Under the pieces are notes generated by a model. That model searched no databases. It was not told where the DNA came from and saw only the letters and a list, made by a program, of their open reading frames with translations. DNA of 64,000 bases. Origin: Lama guanicoe. Its lineage: Eukaryota. How positions within the stretch are numbered: the first letter of the stretch is position 1; every line of letters begins with the position of its first letter. Location of the stretch: the NCBI GenBank assembly GCA_013239625.1, contig MU053934.1, positions 1,457,285-1,521,284 of the forward strand, in the 5' to 3' direction. Position numbers and translations under genes: made by a program. Shown here piece by piece: positions 52,503 through 64,000 of the stretch.

Positions 52503-53240
52503 TGGGTGACATCAGAAGTATGGCGAAGTGGAAAATTACCTTGTCTCACCCCTTCAGTCTATAAACAGTAAAACATTCACAGCTCAACAAAGGTGCCCAA
52601 CACAACAGGATGCCAGACAATTCCACACATTTGCATGTCTAAAGGTGGGTGGACTGGAACACAACGAGGACATGGGGCCTGCAATCCTGGCCCTCCGACC
52701 ATGGCAGCAGTGCCCAGAGTTTCAGAGAACCCAGTAACAGCAGGGAAGATGGCACATGTGACTCAAGCCAGCCTACCACACCAGTGCCCACGGCCACAGG
52801 TAACTGAGCAGCAGCAGCAGTGGGGCCTGGAACCCCATCCCTACAGCTGCTGGGGCATCCATGACCCCAGCCGTGACGCTTGCTATCCACAGTGGCAGAG
52901 TCCATGAATCAAACAACAGTGGACAAGGTAGCGGCACCCGCACGAACCTGGCTCCCCCTCTGCACCACCCACCTCTGTCCACAGCAACAGAGCCTGCAAC
53001 TCAGGGGATCCAGGACACAAAGGAAGAGCCCGCCATCCTGGTGATGACAGAGGATCTTGCAGAAGCAAAGGAGCAACAACCCAGTGGCACAAAAAGCGGC
53101 AACGAAGGAACAGAGCCACACCTTTACGGAGACGGTGGAGGCTGGAAAGTACCAGGCTCAAATATTACCAGGGGCTGCGCAGGTATGAGAAATTAAAAAC
53201 GTGTGTGATAGCGCCACCTACCGGAAAACAAAACAAAAGA
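52503..53240 (+). mobile_element. Old L1 5' UTR fragment (L1M2/M3-like)
   Basis: Starts gggtgacatcagaagtatggcg, resembling an L1 5' end with a YY1-like motif. GC-richer body, ends gcgccacctaccggaaaac. Confidence 0.6.
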
Positions 53241-53310
53241 ATCTAACTCCTAACCCTTTAATATCAAATGCAATGGTGAGCAGGATAGGGGTTGAGGAAA
53301 TGATGCTAGC

Positions 53311-53463
53311 TTTTGTTTTTGTTTGGCTATTTTTTTTTTGGGCCAGGGGGAGGTAATTAGATTCATCTATTTATTTATTACTTTTGGTGGAGGTACCGGG
53401 GATTGAACCGGGGACCTCGTGCATGCTAGGCATGCACTCTACCACTGAGCCGTATCCTCCCTA
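53311..53463 (-). mobile_element. tRNA-Ala-derived SINE (Vic-1-like)
   Basis: ggaggtaccggggattgaaccggggacctcgtgcatgctaggcatgcactctaccactgagc. Confidence 0.88.
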
Positions 53464-54409
53464 CCTTAGTTTTTGGGGTTTTTTTTTAATTATTTGCGTT
53501 TACATTTGGGGGATATACTCAACAACTCTGTCTCAAGTGTTTTTAACATCTCAGCACTTCACAGTTGTAATGCAGTGATTGAAAGAATCTGATCTTCTCA
53601 GTGCAGAGGAAGAGAGAGAATAACACGGTGAAAACAGCACTGAACCAAGAGTCCTATAATCTGATTTCTAATCCTAATCTGATCACTGATTGACAGTATG
53701 GGCTGAGACAAATCACTTTGCTCCTCTTGGTCTCAATTCGTAAGTCTGTAAAGTGAGCAGTATGACTATGTCATCTTCAAGCACCTGTCTGATTCTGGGA
53801 TGGAAAGCCCGATAGGACAGTTCTTAATCTTTGATGGGATTGAGACCCCAGAAAAATACACATGTACACAAACACATAATTTTGCCCAGAGTTTTACAGG
53901 TTTCACAACTCTAGAAAGCATTCTATATCTCTAACCTCTCTGCTCTACAGAACTTAGGACACTCGCTTCTGCTTGGACTCCTCTTCTGACAGGGAGCTCA
54001 CTATCTTACAACGTAGCCAAACATAAGTGACCTGTGCTGGAAAAATTAATTCATCTTCATATTGAACTAAGATCTGCACACTGTAACTCGTACCCACTGG
54101 TCTAAATTCTCCAGAGCAAAACAGAAAAACAAACAAAAAATTTCTCTCGTGTGTAGCATCTCTTCATTTCTCTGAAGGAGGTTTCTAACTATTAAATGCA
54201 GTAATTTGGGGGGGGGAATGGAGATGATTTGCCATACAAATTATTTTACAGTGCATTGTTATATAAAGATATATTCTGCAACCTCACCCCAAATATGCCA
54301 AACACCCAAATGTAGATGCTAAACTCCAAACAGGCACCACTGCTATTAATCTGCATGATTAGGTTTTGCAAAGACAGGAATTAGTCTTTTTAAAAAAATA
54401 TCTTGAAGG

Positions 54410-54645
54410 ACATAGAAGAGTCCTCTGGAAAGAGCACTTCATTAAGAATCAGGAGACCTGGGAATAGTATTCCGCTTCCCGCTCCAACTACCTGTGTATC
54501 TTTGTACAAGTTACTTAACCCCTCCCTCTGAGCCTGTTTCTCATCTGTAAAATGTGACAAAACCTACCTCACAGGGGTGTAGTGAGGACCAAATGATATC
54601 ATGTTCCTCAGAGTTTCTGACCCAAGCCCGGCACAGAGCAAAATT
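54410..54645 (+). mobile_element. MIR SINE immediately upstream of the promoter
   Basis: caagttacttaacc...ctctgagcctgtttctcatctgtaaaatg...cctacctcacaggggtgtagtgagga. Confidence 0.78.
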
Positions 54646-54649
54646 CTCA

Positions 54650-55520
54650 ATACATACTCGTTCCGGAGCTCAGCAACTTCAGCGTTTCATTCGATGAGCT
54701 CGGCGCTCTGGCACCAGCGGGATTCCCCTTCCCGAGCGGAGTCTGCGCTCTGGGCTCGACTGAGGCTCCCTGGCCGCTCGCGCTTTTCTCTCCTTCTCCA
54801 AGATGGCGGCGGTCGGCGGCGCTGAGGCGGGATCCGGGCGAGCCGAGTGAAGGTAGCGGCGAGCCGAGCCCCCACGAGGCCGAGCTGGGCCCCCACCCCC
54901 AGGCGGCAGCGGCCCCGCCCCGCCGCCACCCGCCTCCTCGGGCCCGCGACACCGCTCCGAGGGCGCCCCGGGCCCGTCGCGGCCTAGCCCAGGGGCCGAG
55001 CCGGGGACTGGAGTAGCGGCCGCAGTCCGCCCCCGGGAAGGGGCTGGAGCGGGCCGAAGGAGGAAGGCGGGCGGGAGCTGTTCAAATGGAGAAGGCGGGA
55101 AAGCTGCGGGGCCGGGAGGGGGCGTGCGGCCGCCCCGGGGGCCTGCGGGCCGAGGCCGCCCCTCCCCCTGCCCGGGCCGTCTCCGCCCTCGGGGGCGCCG
55201 GAGCCGCCGGGACGCGGGAACCCGGGTCGGGGCCGCCGTGCGGCTCGGGAGCCGGGACGCGGGGTCCCCGGGCTGTCAAGGGGCGAGGGGGCCGGGGCGA
55301 CGGGAGGGCCCGGGCGGCGGCCGGCAGGAGAGGATGCGAGGAGCTTTCTTCTTTTCCTCTTCGCACAGCGTTGTCGAACTAGCTGTTGCTGCAGAACTGC
55401 CGGGAGAATCCCTTAGGTTTGCCGTGGGGAGCCACAAAAATGGTGGTCCTGGGGGCTCTTTGTAGCAGTAACCCGGTGTGGTGTGTACTCGTTGCGTGCG
55501 ACCCAGTTTGAACGTGCCTA
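54650..55520 (+). promoter_or_regulatory. HMGXB4: CpG island promoter of HMGXB4
   Basis: Very high GC and CpG density, several GC boxes (ccccgccccgcc), YY1 motif aagatggcggc at 54800-54810. Lies 4.6 kb upstream of the first coding exon. Confidence 0.9.
54783..54852 (+). other. HMGXB4: Putative non-coding exon 1 of HMGXB4 (TSS approximate)
   Basis: Pyrimidine initiator-like tract, YY1/TISU motif, candidate donor AAG|GTAGCG at 54852/54853. An alternative donor CGA|GTGAAG lies at 54846/54847. Confidence 0.6.
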
Positions 55521-58500
55521 CCTAGCGGGATCTCCGTCCAGGCCCATTTCCCCCCATAGCTGTTACTGGTAGACTTCACTTTATATTGTATCACGCAAAA
55601 GAAGAAACATCTATCTCCCTGCTTCCTGATAGCTAAGCTGGTGGCTGATTATATTCCCCCATAGCAGAATAAATTAAAAAACTGAATCCAAAGTAGAGCC
55701 TGTTGATTGGACAAGGCTTGTCAAAATTTCTACTGCTGGGTTTTTTTGGAAATGTGTGTTGTCAGCCGATCTGTGCGGTGGTCGTGGTTCCGCTTAATTG
55801 CACTACAATGAGAGGATTGAATCCCCATCCCAGGCTGTCGGGATCTCTGCAGTTTCCAGAGCTGGCAGGGGCTGTGAGTGCTGCATAGGTAGGTTCTTGG
55901 AGAAGGGAGTGGCAAGAATTCGGAGTCGCTGTGTGCTGAGATTGGAGGAAATCTCAACGAAAATGAGACCTCACCTACTAGTATCCTAGAAGTAACAGCA
56001 ACAGCAACAATTCAGAAACTGGCAGCAGCTGGACGTGCATCTTCCTTTTCCTGCACTGACTGGCACTTTGAGTTCGTGAAAGGAGGACTGGAAGAAGAGA
56101 ACACGGAACCTTGAACAAGGCTCTCATATTGGACTCGACCTGGATCTCAGGATTTCACTTACTGCCCGGTTTCCAGGCTTACTTTGTTTCTTCTTTTTCA
56201 ATACACATTTACATTGTGGGATGAAGAAGTTTGTGAGTGATTGCTGGGGCTCAGATTACGTCAAAAATTCATCTTCCAAAGCTTTTTTTTTTCACTATTT
56301 ATAATTTGGATTTTCAAAATAACCAAAGTACTGCATCTGATGATTTTTGGTTTCTCCCTGATTATTTTGATAATCCAGAAAGCAATGCCTGAACCTGACC
56401 CATATACTTATCTACAAGTGGAAGAGCAGCTCTGTCTCCCCTTTTTTATCTCCTGAAGAAAAATCCCAAAAGAGCCACTTAATAATTTGCACCTTTCAAA
56501 AGTACACTTTTTTTTATGATGGCATGTTTCTTACTTCCATAAACAACATTAAATAATGAACTGTTACTTCTGTGGTCTTTTCTTAGCCCACTGAGAGGAA
56601 CATAATTGTAAAATTATCCCTGCCTCTTGAAGTTGACAGCACTGAATTCTATAAACTCCAGAATGACGGAATTCAGGAGAATGAGTTTTAACACCTGTTT
56701 TACTTTTGCCAACATTTAATGTAATTATGGCCTCTGCCTTCTAATGTGAATATCAAACCTAATATTTTTCATTTTCATTAATCCTTGCAATCTGCTGCCT
56801 AACCCTGAGCTCTGAATTTATTGTGGGTAATATTCAAGACCTGGAAAGACTATCAGGGGAGTCATCTGATCTTGTATGAATGTTGCCTTAACTCTGCCTT
56901 TCTTCCATACTGTTGCTTGAGACTTCTTTATCTGGTTTCATCTTTCTTCTATGAGTCAGCAACCAAACCTGAGCCCTGGGCTGAAATAATATCCTGATTT
57001 TAAAGAACCTAGAAGTTCAGGGTCCATCAGTCTGCCCAAGCTGTGAATGAGATTGTGTTTAATTTTAGTTTTTTAAGCTCTTGTCTGTCCTGATTCTTTA
57101 GTGAATTGGACTTGCCTTCAGGCCCTGTTCTTTTTTTTTACCAAGGTTATTTAATCTTCTGATTTGTAAAACGCTGTTCAGTGTCTTTATGAATTCTAAT
57201 TCTAATTTATAATTCTAATACATATTGCTGACACCAGCACACATTTTCTGTGCTGCTCTGTGCCTCTGAGGATCAGCTCCTTGTTTTCTGTTCCCTTTTA
57301 CAATATTTTTCATCCACCGGTTGTTTTTCACAGCAGTCGGTTATGAGACCATGAGCACTTTTTCATAGTCCAGTCAGTGACATCATTGTTTGCCTTCTCA
57401 TACTATCTTCAGAGGTACTTATTCCTATTCTGACTGTTAGCTGTTCAGCTCTGTTTTATGTTAGTTTTGATGTTACCAAAGGGAAGGCCTGGATATAAGT
57501 CTCAGTCTCCATACAGAAGAGCATTTTCTTATTGACAACAAATTGATGGTCCCATTGATGATGTTGAATATTTAAGATATTTTTCCCCATTATTTCTCAA
57601 ACGTTCTTTGCCAAAAGTCATGTTGGCATGGAAAACGTTTAACTTGAGGTCTCAAGTTGTGGTATTTCCTGGCGTTATCAGCCTGTGAAAAGTAATGGGG
57701 TCCCTGTACTCTTCTAATAAACTCACTGCTTTAGTGCCAGTGAGAGGATATACTATTTTCAGATGAGTGGGTATAATCCCGTATGATGTTCCCCCTCCCC
57801 TAACCCCTCTTGGAGTTACACCCCTTGGGTGGAAAGGGGATGACAATTTCTGTTTGAGACAGTTTAATGCCTACTGCTGGAACATGGAAACTGGCTGTGT
57901 CACATGTATCTCGCCTCCTGGCATTTCTGCATGAGACCTGACCTTATAGCCCCTTGATTTCCTGTGAAAAGCCCTTTGAGTAAGCCGTTCTCCAACTATC
58001 TGTAAAATAATCCAGTTCATTTCATGTCTTTACTTCACTCAAGCTTCTCTTACCTTGACCAAGACCATTCTTCATTCCACTTCTTAGCGAAGTGGAGAAA
58101 TGCTTTTTTATGTTTCTTAATCTTCCCTGTAAATCATTCTTGGTAATACTTCTGTTTTCAACTCAGGCATATGTGTGCATTGTGTTTTATCTGACTTGTG
58201 CAATTAGACCTTTTTTCTTTGAGTTATTTTAAATGTGACCCTTATGACAGTTTCCTTTGTTAATTCATCTTTTCTTTCACAAATGTTGCATACTTCAGTA
58301 TTACCCATCCCTTCCTCGAGGTGTTGGCAATGTCTCATTGAAGTGTCTTTCAGCATTTCTAAACCCCATTATAGTGATGAAGGTAAAATAAAATTTCAGT
58401 AAATGAGCAGTCACATCAGCTTTTAATTATGTCACTAACTGAATGAGGACATTTTTAATATATTTAGTATAGAATATTTAAATTTCCTGCAAAGACTTTT

Positions 58501-59469
58501 CCTGTAGGAATTGTGACATTTCCTGTCCTAAAAGTATTTGAAGAACTTTACCTTGGAGCGCAGTTTATGGCTTGTCATCCTCAAAGTCAAAATGGACATG
58601 TAAACTTGTATGCCGAAAAAGAAATTTTAACAATTTAAGGCAACATTTAGAACTTTTAAATGATAGTAATTCTTCAAATTAGTGAAATCTTAATGATAAA
58701 AATGCCATCACCAGTGGACAAAGGAAAATTCCTCATTTTCTCCTATAACCTTTAAGAAAGGCTTAATAATGTTAAAAGCTGTCCTATGGCCAAGCAATAT
58801 AAAAAGTGTGCCTACTTTTACAGTTCCATGATTTTGAGCAAATTCAGATAGCCCAACCAAATGCAAACCAAAAGAATTATGCTCTAAAATCTTTAATATC
58901 CCTGTAATGTACTCGTCATTTCTGTTTAAATTGTAATACAATAGATTTTAGCCCATCACCGATTCGGATGGTAGGTTTTTGTGGTCTCAAATGTGGGGTA
59001 TAATCTGTCTTCCTCTGTATCCTGCTCTATCTGTGCATTTTGTAACCATGATTGAACCTATCCCTCTGACTTAATGTCAGTGCTTACCTGTCTCAGTGTT
59101 GTCAGTCCTGTTGGCATTTCAGAAATTCTCATTAATTTTGAAGTATTTTTTTTCTGTGGAAGGTATTTTATATACTCCCCTCCAACAACAGCTTTAATTC
59201 ATGAATCAAATCAAATTATGCCTAGTGCATTTCCTACACTTTCAGCCCCAGAATATTTACAGAGTCAGAGGTGACAAGACGCTCCTTTATCTCTTGCTGC
59301 CCTTCCCGTCTGCCCTTGGATCACTGCGCATTTCCGTCTGGAAGGTTGCTTCTCCACAGTGATTTCGCATTACAGGAGGGTTTTCCTTCTTTGTTTCTCA
59401 GACCTGGTCCTGTAGACGGGAAGGCGCCTGGACACAGTGACACATTCTCAAAGGCCCTGCAGGACCGCC

Positions 59470-59500
59470 ATGGCTTATGATGACTCCGTGAAGAAAGAAG
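59470..59500 (+). CDS. HMGXB4: HMG box-containing protein 4, first coding exon (exon 59402-59500), MAYDDSVKKE
   Basis: Polypyrimidine acceptor tttgtttctcag|, Kozak accgccATGG, donor G|GTATGA; matches the known HMGXB4 N-terminus. Confidence 0.95.
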
Positions 59501-60142
59501 GTATGACCCCTTAACCTGAGAAGCATTCCAAAGGGGGTGTCCTCTTCAGCCCTTGCAGCCCGTGGACATAGAGACCAGGACTGGCCATCACAGCCTGGAC
59601 TCCCAAGTGATGAGCCAGAGCGCTATTAAAACTCCACGTCATCCCCAAACTGGGCCCATGGAGACGAAAACCAGGACAGGGTTCCAACACAAGAGTCTGA
59701 AACATAAGTCTCTGTAGTGTATTGGGGTGAGCCCCTGCAGCACTCGTGGTCCTTGCCAGCTCCAGTGTGCCGGGCTCTGGGGACAGGAACCACACAGTGG
59801 ACTCCCACAGAGCAGCACAGCACATGAATCCTTATTCTTTTCAGCCTTACCTCTGCAAGTCTGTGTCCACCTGCCAAATCACAACTAAGAAACCATGTCT
59901 GAGGATGCACCCTGGGCCTTTGCATAGCGTGGAAGCGTTGTTTCTTCAGGTTTGATTCTTATATTTGCAGCCAAGCCGCCAAGACATACTCTTGTCCCCT
60001 TGGATCTAGCCCTGTATCCCAGTGGACTTATCGAGTAACGTTAATTTGAAAATGGAGGGACTGTTGCGTTACACATGTGGCGATTTGTTTGTTACTTACT
60101 TGACTCTATCATTTCCTTTCCAAATGAATCTGTGCTGCTCAG

Positions 60143-60291
60143 ATTGCTTTGATGGTGATCACAGCTTTGAGGACATAGGGCTAGCTGCTGGCCGAAGCCA
60201 ACGAGAAAAGAAACGCTCTTACAAAGATTTTTTAAGGGAAGAGGAAGAAATCGCTGCTCAGGTCAGGAATTCTTCCAAGAAGAAATTAAAG
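60143..60291 (+). CDS. HMGXB4: HMGXB4 coding exon 2 (DCFDGDHSFEDIGLAAGRSQREKKRSYKDFLREEEEIAAQVRNSSKKKLK)
   Basis: ctcag| acceptor, |gtaaat donor, 149 nt, phase consistent (31+149=180). Confidence 0.96.
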
Positions 60292-60650
60292 GTAAATGCT
60301 AAACATTTGAATTAGGAAAGTTTTAGACTATTTTGTATCGTATTTCCTAATATTTGAAGAAAGGAGTTTTTTTTAAAAACGTCTACAAAGAGACATAAAC
60401 ATTATTCACGTCTATTTTTACCATTTCCTGTGTTTTACTTTATTTTCCAAAGTCAGAAGTCATCAAAAAACAAGATTGGTTCCAACTGAGTCACTTTGCT
60501 CTACACCTGAAACTAGCACAGCATTGCAAATCAACTATACTTCCATAAAAATAAGTAATTTTTTGTAAAGAAAGCAACAGGATTGGTTCCAAACTGCCTT
60601 TGCCTCGTCATCTTATTCTTGGTCAACTCTTCTTCCTCTTCAATTTCCAG

Positions 60651-60729
60651 GATAGTGAACTTTACTTCTTGGGGACGGACACGCACAAGAAGAAGAGGAA
60701 GCACTCGTCTGATGATTACTACTATGGAG
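60651..60729 (+). CDS. HMGXB4: HMGXB4 coding exon 3 (DSELYFLGTDTHKKKRKHSSDDYYYG)
   Basis: tttccag| acceptor, |gtaagg donor, 79 nt, in frame. Confidence 0.96.
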
Positions 60730-61509
60730 GTAAGGCTGGGAGAGGGCAGCAGGTGGGAGAGACACATCTCTGGTTCTTGGAGTCGGGGTAGGGGAGAGGG
60801 ATCCAGATGTTGCTGACTCAGTGGCCTATTTAACAGGACAGTGGTTCTTGTTCTGAGTGCCGATAAACCAGTGTGAAGGAGGAGAGAGGTGGAGGGCTGG
60901 TATTTTGGAGGATTCAGCATAGAAGAACAGTCTTCATTTGTGATACACCAGGTACCAGGTTCCTTCTCCCCCCAATCACCCACTTATCTTGTGCCCATTG
61001 TTACCGAGCGTCCCTTTTGCCAAATGTAGTCCTGGGCCCTCTGGCCTGCACCTGTGGGTTCTCAGTCCAGCACATCTCCACTGACAAGACCAGTTTTTCT
61101 TAGCTCTGTTATGCACATAGCTGATGAGACTAACTCCTTCCTAGAATGGATTTGTCCTGAACACAGGAATAAATGATGCTCTGTCTGCAGTGTAATCTAA
61201 ATTGTAACTACTCGTAATCCCGCAGCTGTGGTCCATTCTTCGGGGTATGCTCTCTTTGGTTGCTTGCGAAGACTCAGTGAAGAGAAACAACATTAGTGGC
61301 AAGAACCGTCTCCAGGGTCAGAGGCAGAATCTACCAAGCCAAGAAGCACGTGGGCATCGTCTCTGAATGTTAGGAATCAGTTGAAGGGCCTCCCCTCAAA
61401 CCATTCCTGTTAGCCTCCTCCTCATCTTACTTGGGTGCTCTTGGTGAGAGAGGAAACTGGTTGGAAGTTGCTCTGTCATGTGGACATCACTCCTCTTGAT
61501 TATTTCTAG

Positions 61510-62465
61510 ATATTTCGTCTTTGGAATCGTCACAGAAGAAAAAGAAAAAGTCCAGCCCGCAGTCTGCTGATACAGCCATGGACCTGTTGAAAGCTATCAC
61601 TTCACCACTGGCAGCAGGCACCAAGCCCTCCAAAAAGACAGGAGAAAAATCCTCTAGTTCTTCAAGCCATTCAGAGAGTAAAAAGGAACACCACAGGAAG
61701 AAAGTAAGTGGAAGCGGCGGGGAACCATCCCTGGAGGATGGTGGTTCCCACAAATCCAAAAAAATGAAACCCCTCTATGTGAACACAGAGACTCTGACCC
61801 TTCGTGAGCCCGATGGCTTAAAGATGAAACTCATTCTCTCACCAAAGGAGAAGGGAAGCAGCTCGGTTGATGAGGAGTCTTTTCAGTACCCCTCTCAACA
61901 AGCGACTGTGAAAAAATCCTCTAAGAAGTCAGCTCGCGATGAGCAAGGTGCTTTACTCCTAGGACACGAGTTACAGAGCTTCCTGAAAACAGCCCGGAAG
62001 AAGCACAAATCCTCCTCAGACCCGCGTTCATCTCCTGGCCCTGAAGGCTGTGGGGCTGATGCCTCCCAGTTCCCAGAATCCCACAGTGCTAACCTTGACC
62101 TTTCAGGGCTAGAACCTATTCTCGTGGAGTCAGACTCCTCCTCGGGTGGGGAGTTAGAGGCAGGGGAGTTAGTGATAGATGATTCTTACCGGGAAATCAA
62201 GAAGAAAAAGAAGTCAAAGAAGAGCAAAAAGAAGAAGGACAAGGAGAAGCATAAAGAGAAGCGACACTCCAAGTCCAAGAGAAGTTCAGGGCTTCCCACC
62301 GCAGCCGTGGGAGAGGTCCCAGCACCACCTGGCCCTCCTCCCAGCACCCCGTACCCCGGAGCAGCCGCTCCTCCCCCACCGCTTCCGGGCCTCCACGCAG
62401 ATGGGCACAGTGAGAAAAAGAAGAAGAGAGAGGAGAAGGACAGAGAGCGCGAGAGAGGAGACAAG
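61510..62465 (+). CDS. HMGXB4: HMGXB4 coding exon 4 (956 nt, Lys/Ser-rich region ending ERERGDK); the gene continues beyond the window
   Basis: tttctag| acceptor, |gtaagg donor. Peptide KPLYVNTETLTLREPDGLKMKLILSPKEK...GGELEAGELVIDDSY is recognisable HMGXB4. Cumulative CDS is 1215 nt = 405 codons. Confidence 0.97.
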
Positions 62466-64000
62466 GTAAGGCATTTTTTTAAAGTATGAGGCGTAGGAGG
62501 TGAAACAGGCTTTTCCCCAACAGTAGTAAGTGGACTTGGAATTAAGCAGCTGAGGTGAACCGTCAGGGATGCAGCAAGGTAAATCTGCTGGAATGATGTC
62601 AAGTATGAAATGGACCAGTGGTACAAAAATAGGCGCCATCTTAATTATTCATGGGTTTTCTTGATAGAGTCGTTCTCCCACTGTGCCAAGCAGAGGTTTA
62701 GAAATACCAACGCTTATTCTGACCTGCCCTTAGAATTCACAGAAGGAGCCAAACCCAGTTTCTTTCACTCAGCAGCACAGTCTGCCTGGGCCAGTGTGAA
62801 AAGGTATCCTGTGAGTTCATCTTGAGAAATAGATTTTCAAAATTAGGAGGATAATGAGCGAGTTAACAGAATAAACTAACGGCTTTTCACTAACCGATGT
62901 TGGCTACTTTCTGGTATTTTTAGTGTCAAAGATGTGTTCTTCCACTATTTGAGCACTTCGTGTTTGGCAGGCCCAGTGCTACCATCGGCGTTAAGAGGTG
63001 GAAGGATGAGCAGGATGTAGCCCTTGACCTCAGGGAGCTCACTGCTTGTAGAGGAGATAGGAATGAGAACTTAGCCCCCAAGGTTTGATTTCTTTCTCAC
63101 AACTCAAGAAATTTTCTAGCAGTTGTACTTTCCGGGCTGATGACTATGTCATTACAGGTTTCCTTTAAAAAATAAACTACCTGCCTCCCCGCCCCCCGAT
63201 TATCAAAGTAATACACAATTTTTTTAGAAATTTAGAAATTCATAATAGTAAGAAAGAAAAAAATCATAGTTTTGCCACCTAAGGACAACCATTTTCTTCC
63301 TTTGTAGTTCTGCAGCATGAAAATGTTAGATGAAGTCTGAAAAAAAAGCAACTGAAAGAGAAAATCAAATATATTAATATGGGATTAGCAATTTCATTTC
63401 AGTCTAAAATTTGACGTGCAAGTTATTTTCCCCACTAGTAAGACAGCCTTTTAAGAAAGTAAAAAAAAAGCCTCCCAAGCTAAGAATCAACATAAGCATA
63501 ACATAACTGGCTGGTCACATACTGGGTCAGGTTTTATTCATTTGTTTATTTGAAAACTGTTTCATGAAATAGTACATATCCTGTGTAAGACTGAGTGTAT
63601 TCTGAGAACCTCCATTCTAGTGATATATGAGAATGCCGTAAACTAATCTTACAGCGCTCAGTGTGAGGGGGCAGGATGGTCAGGGAAAGCTCAGAGAAGA
63701 AAAAGGATTTCAGCAGAAGGGGACACGTGGAGGCAGAGAGATGGTCAGGAAGCAGTGTAGCAAAACAGCTGAACCCTCGTCCTGTGTTTCCAGCCGTCTG
63801 ATCAGTATTTCTGCCTGGATGCCTTGGGTACTTCAGACCCGTGCGTCACTAACTCAGCTCATCATCCAGACTCCAAACCTGCATCTCCTCCTCCATCTCC
63901 TTCTGTAATCCCCATGTCCTGCCAGCCAACCCAAACTCAAAACCACATGCTTATCATTTTTCTCAGTACTTCATTATGAAATTTTTCAAACAAAAAGCAT

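Noticed and set aside
1..54600. Exons of the neighbouring homeobox gene ISX
   Set aside because: No homeodomain peptide appears in the ORF track or on inspection. ISX probably lies further upstream, although very short exons cannot be fully excluded by eye.
54601..55465. Ala/Gly/Arg/Pro-rich ORFs on both strands
   Set aside because: Expected in a CpG island with few stop codons; no homology recognised.
57540..57660. Intronic C/D-box snoRNA (TGATGA motif)
   Set aside because: No properly spaced CTGA D box or terminal stem found.
62186..62639. Antisense ORFs over HMGXB4 coding exon 4
   Set aside because: Shadow frames of Lys- and Pro-rich coding sequence.

Overview
Mammalian genomic DNA, very probably camelid: it carries many tRNA-Ala-derived Vic-1-type SINEs and recent artiodactyl-type L1 3' ends. 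Positions 1 to about 54,600 are intergenic and repeat-rich (L1, L2, MIR, MaLR/ERVL/ERV1 LTRs, hAT and mariner MITEs), with a few unique enhancer-like blocks. A CpG island at about 54.65-55.5 kb is the promoter of HMGXB4 (+ strand). A putative non-coding exon 1 and four coding exons (codons 1-405) lie in the window; the HMG box exons are beyond it. The best observations are: (1) a retrotransposed 28S rRNA 3' end with an 18-bp target-site duplication and an A-tail expanded into a GAAA microsatellite; (2) an HMGXB4 leader in which a TOP/TCT-like pyrimidine tract is followed by a perfect TISU/YY1 ATG that opens a short uORF rather than the main ORF; (3) a ~75-bp templated copy of a SINE 5' junction placed 4.1 kb downstream. 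No evidence of a new multi-gene system was found. Repeat subfamily names come from recalled consensus sequences, and repeat boundaries are approximate.
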